From an uncultured Anaerolineales bacterium (GTDB lineage Bacteria > Chloroflexota > Anaerolineae > Anaerolineales > UBA11858), in contig CAZVPR010000009.1 of the NCBI GenBank assembly GCA_964629085.1, positions 2,119 to 66,118 of the forward strand: 64,000 nucleotides of DNA, written 5' to 3'. Positions 1-8,805 of the stretch are shown here, in pieces. The notes beneath the pieces were generated by a model. The model did no database searches. It had not been told where the DNA came from and saw only the letters and a program-made list of their open reading frames with translations. The position numbers and the translations under genes were made by a program. Each line of letters opens with the position of its first letter. Within the stretch, counting starts at the first letter, position 1.

Positions 1-689
1 TCGAGGCCTCCCAAGGCACGGGCGTAGGCATCATCACCAATCTGACGTCTTTCTTCGATAGTGCCATGCTGGCCGTGGGTGTCTACGATTCATTCTTCAT
101 GTTCTATGACGATCGCCCCTTCCTCGAGAAGATCATGGATATTTTAGTAGAGCATCAATCCAAGGTCATGGAAGCCGTTATCAAAAACTTCGGCGATGAT
201 ATCGCTTTTGTGATGGTCAACGATGATATCGGCTACAACTCCGGCCTGATGATCAAAGAGGATATGTTCCTGGAGATCTTCCCGCAACGCATGAAGCAGT
301 TGATTGCCCCGGCCAAGGATGCGGGTAAGCTGTGTCTGATGCATACCGATGGCAAACTCGATAACATCCTGCCGATCCTCCACGATGTCGGCTTCAATGT
401 CAATCACCCTGTCGAGCCCGAATCTAACGAACTGGCCGAGGTCAAGCAGAAATGGGCTGGCAAGATGGCCCTGATCGGCAACGTGCACACACCGCTGCTG
501 GCCTATGGCACCAAGGAAGAGGTCGAAGAGAAAGTGCGTGAGTATTGTGAGACAGTAGCCCCAGGCGGTGGCTATGTCTTGGGGTCATCCACCAGCATCA
601 TGGACGGCGTCAACCCTGAAAACTTCGAGGCCATGGTTAAGGCGGTGCACAAGTACGGTCGCTATGGCTCCTTGGGTCAAGCATCGTAA
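1..689 (+). CDS. URO-D (uroporphyrinogen decarboxylase/MtaA-like) family protein, C-terminal part; 5' end lies outside the window
   Basis: The frame of listed ORF 66..689 stays open back to nt 3, so the gene starts upstream. The sequence (..LMHTDGKLDNILP..IGNVHT..APGGGYVLGSSTSI..) looks like the C-terminal half of URO-D-fold proteins. It is paralogous to the four other URO-D-like ORFs in this locus. Confidence 0.8.
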   Translation, partial: EASQGTGVGIITNLTSFFDSAMLAVGVYDSFFMFYDDRPFLEKIMDILVEHQSKVMEAVIKNFGDDIAFVMVNDDIGYNSGLMIKEDMFLEIFPQRMKQLIAPAKDAGKLCLMHTDGKLDNILPILHDVGFNVNHPVEPESNELAEVKQKWAGKMALIGNVHTPLLAYGTKEEVEEKVREYCETVAPGGGYVLGSSTSIMDGVNPENFEAMVKAVHKYGRYGSLGQAS

Positions 690-721
690 GGTATTATGCA
701 AGAGAACAAACGTAATTAGCC

Positions 722-1840
722 ATGGAATCAAAAGAAAGATTGCTTACCGCTTTGCACGGAGGCAAACCAGACCGACTGCCTGTTACGGTTCACCAGTGGC
801 AGGGCTACCACCTCGATAAATATATGGGTGGGGTTGATGCGCTCGAAGCATCGAAGATGGTTGGTATTGACGCTTCTATCCAGTATTTTGCGGATATGGG
901 CCAGTTCTGGCTTGTCGATGCCGACTACACCAAATTTTCCACCCCCGAATGGCAAGATGACGTTGAAGTGATTGACGATGATCCTGATCACCGAGTCAAC
1001 TATCATGGTATTACTACCCCAGAAGGCGTGCTTACCTACAAAACAGCCGGAGATCGTAAAACAACCTGGATTACAGAATATTTGATCAAAAAAGATGAAG
1101 ATATCGAGCTGATCAAGAAATACATGCCCGTTCCAAAACTTGATCCCAAACCCGTTGAGAAGATCTATGATGAGGTCGGCGATGGCGGAATCATCCGTGG
1201 CTTCGTTTGGGGCGATCAAGCGGGTTGCTGGCAGCATGCGGCTTGCCTGATGGATATCACCGACTTGATCATGGCCACGTTCGACAAGCCAGAATGGGTC
1301 CATGAGTTGCTCGGCATCCTGCTCGATAAGAAACTTCAATTCATCGAAGGCATGAAAGGCGCCAAATTCGATGTCATCGAGACCGGTGGTGGTGCGTCTT
1401 CATCAACCGTCATTTCCCCAAAACTGCATGAAGAATTCTGCCTGCCTTACGACAAGAAGATGCATGACGCATTACACAGTGTCGGCTTCGAACTGGTTAC
1501 GTACCACACTTGCGGCGGCACTCTGAAGATCGAAGACATGATCGTTGCCAATGGCTGTGATGCCTCTGAAACCTTAGCCCCTGTAAGCATGGGCAGCAAT
1601 CAGGAACCCTGGGAATTCAAAGCCAAAGTCGGTAATAGAATCGCCACGATTGGTGGCGTAGATCAATACAATGTTCTCACGGACGGTTCCGAAAACAAGA
1701 TTCGCGACATGGTCTTCAACCTGTTTGAAAAGGTTGGCCCCGATGGTGGTTACATCATGTCGGCTTCGGATCACTTCTTTGAAACCCCACCTGAAAAGCT
1801 AAAGATCTATGGCGATGCGGCCAAAGAGTGTGTCTACTAA
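722..1840 (+). CDS. URO-D family protein (paralogue 2)
   Basis: 372 aa. N-terminus ERLLTALHGGKPDRLPV, central YHTCGG, and C-terminal GGVDQ..GPDGGYIMSASDH are family-typical motifs. Same strand and tightly spaced with its neighbours. Confidence 0.85.
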   Translation: MESKERLLTALHGGKPDRLPVTVHQWQGYHLDKYMGGVDALEASKMVGIDASIQYFADMGQFWLVDADYTKFSTPEWQDDVEVIDDDPDHRVNYHGITTPEGVLTYKTAGDRKTTWITEYLIKKDEDIELIKKYMPVPKLDPKPVEKIYDEVGDGGIIRGFVWGDQAGCWQHAACLMDITDLIMATFDKPEWVHELLGILLDKKLQFIEGMKGAKFDVIETGGGASSSTVISPKLHEEFCLPYDKKMHDALHSVGFELVTYHTCGGTLKIEDMIVANGCDASETLAPVSMGSNQEPWEFKAKVGNRIATIGGVDQYNVLTDGSENKIRDMVFNLFEKVGPDGGYIMSASDHFFETPPEKLKIYGDAAKECVY

Positions 1841-1881
1841 GTTCAAGATAACAAGATCAGTATCCGTTTAGGAGTTTTGTC

Positions 1882-2949
1882 ATGAGTATGACTTCCAGAG
1901 AGCGTGTCCTGACGACATTCAATTTCGAAGAGCCCGATCATGTGCCCGCCTGGATGGGGGCCTCACCCGAATTTCGCCAGTTGATGGTTGACCATTTGGG
2001 GCTGGAAGATGATGAGAGTTTGTCGCGCTGGATAGGGGATGATTTCCGGCGCGTTTTTGCTGCTTATAACGGACCCGATGAACATGCCCCAACCAGCAAT
2101 TTGCAGTATGAAGGTTCGACCTATCGGACTCCCTTTGGGGTGGAGAGGCACGGTTATGGCTATGGCATGCCCCTGAACCGGCCTCTGCTTAATGCGACCA
2201 CCGTTGAAGAGATTCATGATTACTCATGGCCTGATCCTGCCTGGATGGACGTTTCCCATATCCGGGCCGAGGTGGAAGCCTATAATGGTGAGTACGCCAT
2301 TTTGGGCGGCGATTGGTCGCCGTTCTGGCACGATGCCCTGGATTTGCTCACGTTCAAGAACATGAGCTATTTGTTCTATGACAACCCCGAATTGATCGAT
2401 GCCATCCTGGGGCATATCGTCGATTATTACTTTGGCGTCAGCCAGCGAGTCTTCGATGCCGCGGCGGATGTGATCGATATATTTTTTATCGGCAACGACT
2501 TTGGGAGCCAAACCGGGCCATTGATCAGCGAGAAGATCTTCCGGCGCTTCTTCGTGCCTCATTTGAAACGCTTGGCCGATCTGGGCCACGATTATGGTCT
2601 GAAAGTTTTGATGCACTGCTGCGGCGGATTTGTGCCGCTAATTCCAGCCATGATTGAAGTTGGGCTTGATGGCATCCAGGCCTTGCAGCCCACTTGCAAG
2701 GGCATGGACCCCAATGATCTGAAAGCTCAGTTCGGGAAGGAGATTGTCTTGATGGGCGGCGTGGACACCCAACTGCTTATCGAGGGTAATCCTGAAAAGG
2801 CCCGAGAGGAGACTCACCGCGTCATCGATATCTACAAGCCGGGCGGCGGCTTTATCTGCTCGCCCAGCCATGATTATCTATTACCAGAAACGCCCGTCGA
2901 AAACGTGGCCGCCCATTATCAGGCCATTCACGATTTTGGTAGTTATTGA
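1882..2949 (+). CDS. URO-D family protein (paralogue 3)
   Basis: 355 aa. Motifs RERVLTTFNFEEPDHVPA, HCCGG and MGGVDTQ..KPGGGFICSPSHD. AGGAG RBS about 8 nt upstream of the ATG. Confidence 0.85.
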   Translation: MSMTSRERVLTTFNFEEPDHVPAWMGASPEFRQLMVDHLGLEDDESLSRWIGDDFRRVFAAYNGPDEHAPTSNLQYEGSTYRTPFGVERHGYGYGMPLNRPLLNATTVEEIHDYSWPDPAWMDVSHIRAEVEAYNGEYAILGGDWSPFWHDALDLLTFKNMSYLFYDNPELIDAILGHIVDYYFGVSQRVFDAAADVIDIFFIGNDFGSQTGPLISEKIFRRFFVPHLKRLADLGHDYGLKVLMHCCGGFVPLIPAMIEVGLDGIQALQPTCKGMDPNDLKAQFGKEIVLMGGVDTQLLIEGNPEKAREETHRVIDIYKPGGGFICSPSHDYLLPETPVENVAAHYQAIHDFGSY

Positions 2950-2956
2950 TATTTAA

Positions 2957-3016
2957 GTCATTGCGAGCCCTGCTTCGCAGGAGATTGCCACACTCGCTCC
3001 GCTCGTTCGCAATGAC
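2957..3016. repeat. REP-like palindromic intergenic element
   Basis: Perfect terminal inverted repeat GTCATTGCGA (2957-2966) / TCGCAATGAC (3007-3016) encloses a small CTGC-TTC-GCAG hairpin. It lies between two + strand genes. Confidence 0.6.
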
Positions 3017-3039
3017 AGATTGAAAAAAGGAGAGCAACC

Positions 3040-3363
3040 ATGAAACGATTTGGACAGGTAATTGGCGTTAAAGCCGAGACTTTCGATGAGTATGTTGAAT
3101 ACCATGCCGATGTCTGGCCTGAGATTTTGAGCATGATCCGCGAATGCAATATCACCAACTATTCCATCTTTCATAAAGACGGTCTGCTGTTTGCGTACTT
3201 CGAATATGTCGGTAATGATTTCGATGGCGATATGGCCAAGATGGCTGCCGACCCCAAGACCCAGGAATGGTGGGACATTATGATGCCCATGCAATCACCG
3301 CTGGAAACGCGCGCCGAAGGTGAGTGGTGGGCCAATATGGATGAAGTGTTCCATACTGACTAG
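3040..3363 (+). CDS. rhaM: L-rhamnose mutarotase (RhaM/YiiL family)
   Basis: 107 aa. Aligns by eye with E. coli RhaM landmarks (EY..H..WPE, NYSI, LF..E, WW..M, EVFH). GGAGAG RBS upstream. Confidence 0.85.
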   Translation: MKRFGQVIGVKAETFDEYVEYHADVWPEILSMIRECNITNYSIFHKDGLLFAYFEYVGNDFDGDMAKMAADPKTQEWWDIMMPMQSPLETRAEGEWWANMDEVFHTD

Positions 3364-3376
3364 ATAGGAGTTTTTC

Positions 3377-4546
3377 ATGGAAAGAACTGAGAACTGTCTA
3401 AAGAAATTGGAGCGGATGAACAAAGCTCTCCGTCACGAAGAGCCAGACCGCGTACCCATCAGCGATTTTTTCTGGGGTAGCTTTGTAGAACGCTGGAAAG
3501 AAGAAAAAGGCCTGCCGGCGAATACGGATATCTACAAACACTATGATTTGGATTGGATCGTAACAATCCACAACATGGATCCGCATATCAAAGACTTCGA
3601 AGTCATTAGTGAGACCGACGATGAGGTCACCGTGCGCACCGGATTCGAGGCCATCATACGCAAGAAATTTGACGACCCGATGCCGGAGTTCATCGCCTTC
3701 GAAACCGACACCATCGAAAAGGCCGAAGCCTTCGAATTCGACGATCCCATCGCGCCCAAACGTTTCTACGAAGGCGGTGATAACCAGATTGCCGGTGTTG
3801 GCGATGGTTATGCCCGCAATTCCCCACCCTGGACCGATACCATTAAGAGCCTGTACCCGGATATACCGGTCTACGGCAGCCAGTGTGAAGCCAATGAATA
3901 CATGACTCGCATTGTCGGGCCGGAGAACCTGCTCCTGTGGGCTGGTCTCTACCCTGAGCGCTTTGGCAACTTTATCAAGCGCACCAACGAATGGGCCCTG
4001 GAAATGCTCAAAGGCATGATCAAAGCTGCCGATGGATTAATGGATGGCGTCGTCATTTGGGGCGATGTGGCATATCGCAAAGACCTCTTTTTCCGGCCTG
4101 AATATTGGCGCAAGTGGTATAAGCCGGGTTTAGCAGCAATGGTCGAAGTTTGTCATGATGCTGGACTGCCGGTGATCTATCATGGCTGCGGAAATGTGAA
4201 TCGCATCTTCGAAGATTTCATTGAGATTGGTGTGGATGCATATAACCCTCTTGAAGCCAAAGCAGGCATGGACGTGGTTGAATTGCGCAAGAAGTATGGC
4301 CATAAGATCGGTTTCTGCGGTAATATGGACGTCATGGAATGGTCTGGTGGTACCAAGGAGGAATTGAAGGCCTCCGTGCTGCGCAAGCTCAATGCGGCCA
4401 AAGGTGGCGGGATGATCTTCCAGTCCGATCATTCGGTGCCCAGCAACGTATCGGCCGAAAATTACGAATATGTCGTCAACCTGGTGCGTGAATTCGGCCA
4501 GTATCCGCTGAATTTGGGTGAATACGATATCCCCGAGTTGAACTGA
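3377..4546 (+). CDS. URO-D family protein (paralogue 4)
   Basis: 389 aa. Motifs KALRHEEPDRVPI, YHGCGN and CGNMD..AKGGGMIFQSDHS. AGGAG RBS upstream. Confidence 0.85.
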   Translation: MERTENCLKKLERMNKALRHEEPDRVPISDFFWGSFVERWKEEKGLPANTDIYKHYDLDWIVTIHNMDPHIKDFEVISETDDEVTVRTGFEAIIRKKFDDPMPEFIAFETDTIEKAEAFEFDDPIAPKRFYEGGDNQIAGVGDGYARNSPPWTDTIKSLYPDIPVYGSQCEANEYMTRIVGPENLLLWAGLYPERFGNFIKRTNEWALEMLKGMIKAADGLMDGVVIWGDVAYRKDLFFRPEYWRKWYKPGLAAMVEVCHDAGLPVIYHGCGNVNRIFEDFIEIGVDAYNPLEAKAGMDVVELRKKYGHKIGFCGNMDVMEWSGGTKEELKASVLRKLNAAKGGGMIFQSDHSVPSNVSAENYEYVVNLVREFGQYPLNLGEYDIPELN

Positions 4547-4547
4547 A

Positions 4548-5327
4548 ATGCGTTTACAACACTTGTTACCCCACCAATTCCAACAGGCCATCGATGAAGG
4601 CTGGCCGCTCCTGGTGCCCACCGGGTGTATTGAGTATCATGGACCGCATATGGCCCTGGGGTTGGATACCATATTGGTGGAAGAGCTGTTGACCCGTGTG
4701 GCGGAAAAAGTTGATTGCATTGTGGCGCCGCCGTTCTGGTATGGACCGACGGGATATGCCGTTTCCGGTCCCGACCAGGGCACCATGGATGTCTCCACAG
4801 ATCGCTTTGGCCGCCACGTCAAGGATGTGCTGGGCAGCTTCTGGGAAATGGGATTCAAGTGGATTGTCATCGGCGTGCACCACCAGCAAATGGATGGGCC
4901 TGAATCTTTGGCCATCCGACAGGCGGCCGCAGAAACGACCTTTGAGCGTGCCCACGCCGAACGGGGTCATGCCTGGTGGGGTAAAGCCCAATTAGAGAAG
5001 AATGATCATATCTTTGAGCGTATTCAGGTCTGGCCCTCAGTTTTGCCCGCCGCCGCGCAGGCGGGGGTGGTCATGGCCGATCACGCCGGATTCTATGAGA
5101 CTTCACTACTATATGCAGCCCGACCGGAGTTGGTCGACATGGATCGTTTGGAGATGGACGCGCCCTGGTATTGTCGCACGGACGGTAGCAAGGCTCGCAA
5201 AGCAAGCATTGAAGCTGGAGAGCAAATGTGGCAGGCCATTGTGGCTGCCTGGGTTGAAAACCTTTCCGCGATGATTACACCGAAGCGTCCAGTCCCAGAT
5301 GATTTGACTGTAAAAGGAATTTTCTAA
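4548..5327 (+). CDS. Creatininase-family amidohydrolase (creatinine amidohydrolase / ArfB / MftE superfamily)
   Basis: 259 aa. The N-terminal GCIEYHGPHMALGLDT motif is typical of the creatininase fold. The start codon follows the previous stop by 1 nt. Confidence 0.75.
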   Translation: MRLQHLLPHQFQQAIDEGWPLLVPTGCIEYHGPHMALGLDTILVEELLTRVAEKVDCIVAPPFWYGPTGYAVSGPDQGTMDVSTDRFGRHVKDVLGSFWEMGFKWIVIGVHHQQMDGPESLAIRQAAAETTFERAHAERGHAWWGKAQLEKNDHIFERIQVWPSVLPAAAQAGVVMADHAGFYETSLLYAARPELVDMDRLEMDAPWYCRTDGSKARKASIEAGEQMWQAIVAAWVENLSAMITPKRPVPDDLTVKGIF

Positions 5328-5423
5328 ACAACGGATTTTACGAAGGAGGTGCCTCTAAACAATATTGTAAACGAAGTGTACTGTTGATTATTCAAGTAGA
5401 GAAAGATATTCGAGGAGAAAAAA

Positions 5424-6746
5424 ATGTCTGAAAACAAAAATCTATCCCGTCGTGACTTTCTGAAAGTTGTTGGTTTGGCCGGTGGTTCTGCTGCCTCTGT
5501 TGCAGCCGCTGCACCCAAGATTAGTGTTCCAGCTGTCATTGGCAAACCCTTTGATGGCAAGACCTTGCGCATGCACGCCATCAGTGGTGCCAACTACGAT
5601 GAGCTGTATAAGCTAATTCCCGCCTGGGAAGAAGAAACCGGCGCTACCGTTGAGTTCGTTTTCAAGGGCAATGGTTTCGAGACCGACAAGCGCCTGGTGC
5701 AGGATTTTGCAGCTGGCACCGTAGACTATGATGTCTGCTGGGATCACAGCAGCTTCTTCTCCCAGTATGTCAAAGCCGATGGCCTCGAGCCGCTGGATGA
5801 CTACTTCAGCGAGGAAGAATTGGGCGACTTCATCCCTGGCATTCTCAATGCTGCCGTGAAAGATGGTAAATTGTGGGCCATCCCGCGCCACTTCGATATC
5901 TCCTGCAACCACTTCCGCACCGATCTGGATATCGATGCTGCGCCAGAAACTTGGGATGAGTTCAAAGCCCAGGCGCTGGCAACCACCGAGAATAACCCCG
6001 GTGTCTTCGGGACCCAATTCGCGGGCAAAGAAGAAGCCCTTTCTGGGCGCTTCTACGAGGTGCTCATTGCTGAAGGTGGTGAGTTGTTGGATGATAGCTT
6101 TATGCCGGCCTTCAATAGCGCCGCCGGTGTCAAGGCTGCATCCATGTTCGCCGAGCTTTACGATGCTGGCGCCATGCCCCCCGATATGACCAACTTCCTT
6201 TGGGAAGATGTGGCTCAGCAGTGGGTCAGCGGTCTGATCGGTATGTACACCGAATGGTATGGTTGGTACGGCTACTTCCAGGATCCCAGCGCCAGCCAGG
6301 TTGCCGGGAAATTCGACATTGCTCGCCAGCCCAAGGGCGACGGCGGCATCCACAGTGGTTGGGCCGGGCATCACGCTTTCTCTATCACCAAGGCCTCCCA
6401 AGAAAAAGAGATGGCCGCTTCCCTGATCAAGCACCTGACCAGCGTTGAAGGAAATGACCTGGAAGCTGCTCTGGGTATTCTGGTTTCACGCCAGAGTGTT
6501 TGGGACCGCATCATTGCCGAAGCGGAAACATCTGAAGATCCGCTGGCCAAGAAACGCCTCGAGCTGGCCTTGCTGCAAGCGCAGGAAGACTTCCGCTCAC
6601 CGCCGCTGATCGCCGAGTGGCTGCCTCTTTCCAATATCCTTTACCCGATCGTGCAGCAGATCATCCTGGGTGACGTTGAAGCCCAGGCCGGTCTGGACGA
6701 AGCCGCCGAGAAGGTCGAAGCCATGATGAAAGAAGCTGGTTACTAA
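5424..6746 (+). CDS. ABC sugar transporter substrate-binding protein (family 1 SBP) with Tat-type signal
   Basis: 440 aa. N-terminus has SRRDFLKVVGLAGGSAASVAAAAP (twin-arginine motif plus h-region). Directly upstream of two MalF/MalG-type permeases. GAGGAG RBS. Confidence 0.85.
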   Translation: MSENKNLSRRDFLKVVGLAGGSAASVAAAAPKISVPAVIGKPFDGKTLRMHAISGANYDELYKLIPAWEEETGATVEFVFKGNGFETDKRLVQDFAAGTVDYDVCWDHSSFFSQYVKADGLEPLDDYFSEEELGDFIPGILNAAVKDGKLWAIPRHFDISCNHFRTDLDIDAAPETWDEFKAQALATTENNPGVFGTQFAGKEEALSGRFYEVLIAEGGELLDDSFMPAFNSAAGVKAASMFAELYDAGAMPPDMTNFLWEDVAQQWVSGLIGMYTEWYGWYGYFQDPSASQVAGKFDIARQPKGDGGIHSGWAGHHAFSITKASQEKEMAASLIKHLTSVEGNDLEAALGILVSRQSVWDRIIAEAETSEDPLAKKRLELALLQAQEDFRSPPLIAEWLPLSNILYPIVQQIILGDVEAQAGLDEAAEKVEAMMKEAGY

Positions 6747-6762
6747 AATTCGTTTGGTTTTT

Positions 6763-6793
6763 GGTAGGGGAAGTGTATCCTCCTTCCCCTACC
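6763..6793 (+). promoter_or_regulatory. Intercistronic stem-loop after the SBP gene
   Basis: GGTAGGGGAAG (6763-6773) / CTTCCCCTACC (6783-6793) form a perfect 11-bp stem with a 9-nt loop and no T-tract. Placement between SBP and permease genes is typical of mRNA-stabilising hairpins. Confidence 0.5.
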
Positions 6794-6840
6794 ACCCTCA
6801 AAAATATCCGTTTATCCACGAGTAATTCCCGAGAGTAACT

Positions 6841-7785
6841 ATGACCGCACAAACTCACGCAGAAAAAATTCCCCGGCGAAGGCGCGGTATTCAACTCACC
6901 GAACGGCATTTGCCCCTGGCGCTATTATTTCCAAGTATTCTCATTATCCTGTTGATCGTTGGTTTCCCGATGATCTATTCATTGTATGTCAGTTTCACCA
7001 ACTTCAACCTGACCTCACCGGGGAATGTCGACTTTATCGGTTTCAAGAACTACATCACCCTGTTCACGGATGATCCGCTCTTCTGGAAGTCCTTTGGACG
7101 CACCATTCTCTTTATCAGTCTGGCGGTAAACCTTGAGTTTCTCTTGGGGCTTGGCATCGCACAACTGATGGCGAAGGTCATTCGGGGGCAAGGCCTGGCG
7201 CGCACATTGATGATGACACCGATGATGTTCGCACCCATTCTGGTGGGTTTTCAGTTCAAGTGGTTCTTCAATGCTCAGGTGGGTTTGGTTAACAACATAC
7301 TCTATACTCTCACCGGGGAGCCGAATTTTATCCCCTGGTTGATCGATAAACCTCTAGGATTTATTTCCATTTTGATCGCTGAGATCTGGATGAGTACGCC
7401 CTTTATGGTGATCATCCTCGAAGCGGGTATTCTTTCCTTGCCGGTAGAACCCTTTGAAGCGGCCGAAGTTGATGGAGCCTCGGGTTGGCAGAAATTCCGC
7501 CACCTGACGCTGCCGATGTTGATGCCCTTTGTTTATACAGCCATGGCCATCCGTTCCCTGGATATCGCCAGGGCCTACGATGTCGTCAGCATCATGACGG
7601 GAGGGGGGCCAGGCAACCGTACGGAATTGATCTGGACTTATGTAAACCGCCTGGCGTTCAGCAGCAAACAATTTGGTCTTGGGTCTGCGATGTCCTTTGT
7701 CACCGTGATCCTCAGTTTTACTTTTACATATATGTTCTTTAGCAATGTCCTCAAAAGCCGTTGGGCAGGAGGTAGTGACGAATGA
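6841..7785 (+). CDS. ABC sugar transporter permease (MalF/CUT1 type)
   Basis: 314 aa with multiple TM segments. Has the EAA-like loop (..EAAEVDGASGWQKFRHLTLP..). Confidence 0.9.
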   Translation: MTAQTHAEKIPRRRRGIQLTERHLPLALLFPSILIILLIVGFPMIYSLYVSFTNFNLTSPGNVDFIGFKNYITLFTDDPLFWKSFGRTILFISLAVNLEFLLGLGIAQLMAKVIRGQGLARTLMMTPMMFAPILVGFQFKWFFNAQVGLVNNILYTLTGEPNFIPWLIDKPLGFISILIAEIWMSTPFMVIILEAGILSLPVEPFEAAEVDGASGWQKFRHLTLPMLMPFVYTAMAIRSLDIARAYDVVSIMTGGGPGNRTELIWTYVNRLAFSSKQFGLGSAMSFVTVILSFTFTYMFFSNVLKSRWAGGSDE

Positions 7786-8678
7786 GTGCACTTGCCACAC
7801 ACAAACGACGTAACCAGCGCAATCGCTGGCGAGATACCTTCAACGACATACTATTGTGGGTGATCCTGTTCATCTTTTTCGTTCCTGCGCTTTGGATTAT
7901 CCTGACTTCCATTCGCATTCGTAACGAAATCAACGCTCATCCGCCTGTGTGGATTCCCAAAGGCTTTACCCTGGATTCGTACAAAATCTTGTTTGGCATG
8001 CCCACCCCGGATGGTGCGTTTGGCATGGGCGGTTCGATCCCTATCGCCGATTACGCCACGAATTCAATCGTCATCGCGTTGGTCAGCACCATATTTGCGC
8101 TGATTTTTGGAACCTTGGCCGGATATGTCTTTTCTCGATTCAATTTCAAAGGTAAGAACGGCATTTTCTTGGGGATGATGTTGGCCCGAGCTGTCCCCGG
8201 TATTGCCTTGAGTTTGCCGCTTTTCATCATGTACGCCCGGGTAAAGATTTCCGACACGATCTTTGGCATGATCATCACCTATGTGGCTCTAAATATCCCC
8301 TTCACGGCCTGGCTGATGGACGGCTTCTTCCGGGCTATTCCCAAGGAACTGGATGAGGCGGCGCGCATTGATGGCTGTTCGGCTTGGAGCGCTTTCGTCC
8401 GCATAGACCTGCCTTTGGCATTGCCTGGCGCCGCCGCGGCGGGTATCTTTGCCTTCTTGACCTCCTGGAACGAGTTTGCCTTGTCGAGCATTATTACCCG
8501 CACGCCGTCTTCGCGGACGTTCCCACCGGCGCTGTTTGAGTTCACCGGTCAATTTGTTTCCGACTGGCGCGGTATGACGGCCATGTCGGTCTTGATGCTG
8601 ATCCCGGCGATAATCTTCGTGGGAGTCATCCAGCGCCAGTTGTTGGAGGGCCTGACCTCGGGCGCCACGAAAGGATAA
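7782..8678 (+). CDS. ABC sugar transporter permease (MalG/CUT1 type)
   Basis: 298 aa. EAA loop (..DEAARIDGCSAWSAFVRIDLP..). ATGA start/stop overlap with the upstream permease. Confidence 0.9.
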   Translation: MSALATHKRRNQRNRWRDTFNDILLWVILFIFFVPALWIILTSIRIRNEINAHPPVWIPKGFTLDSYKILFGMPTPDGAFGMGGSIPIADYATNSIVIALVSTIFALIFGTLAGYVFSRFNFKGKNGIFLGMMLARAVPGIALSLPLFIMYARVKISDTIFGMIITYVALNIPFTAWLMDGFFRAIPKELDEAARIDGCSAWSAFVRIDLPLALPGAAAAGIFAFLTSWNEFALSSIITRTPSSRTFPPALFEFTGQFVSDWRGMTAMSVLMLIPAIIFVGVIQRQLLEGLTSGATKG

Positions 8679-8690
8679 TTAAGTTTATTG

Positions 8691-8764
8691 CCCTCACCCC
8701 TAGCCCCTCTCACTCTGGGACGCCGACGGCGGGAAACCGTAGCGAAGCGAAGGTGGGGTGAGGG
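8691..8764. repeat. REP-like palindromic intergenic element
   Basis: CCCTCACCCC (8691-8700) / GGGGTGAGGG (8755-8764) is a perfect inverted repeat around a GC-rich 54-nt spacer. Confidence 0.55.
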
Positions 8765-8805
8765 AGGATCAAAAATTGGTTGATAAAGTAATTGAGAACT
8801 GAAAA

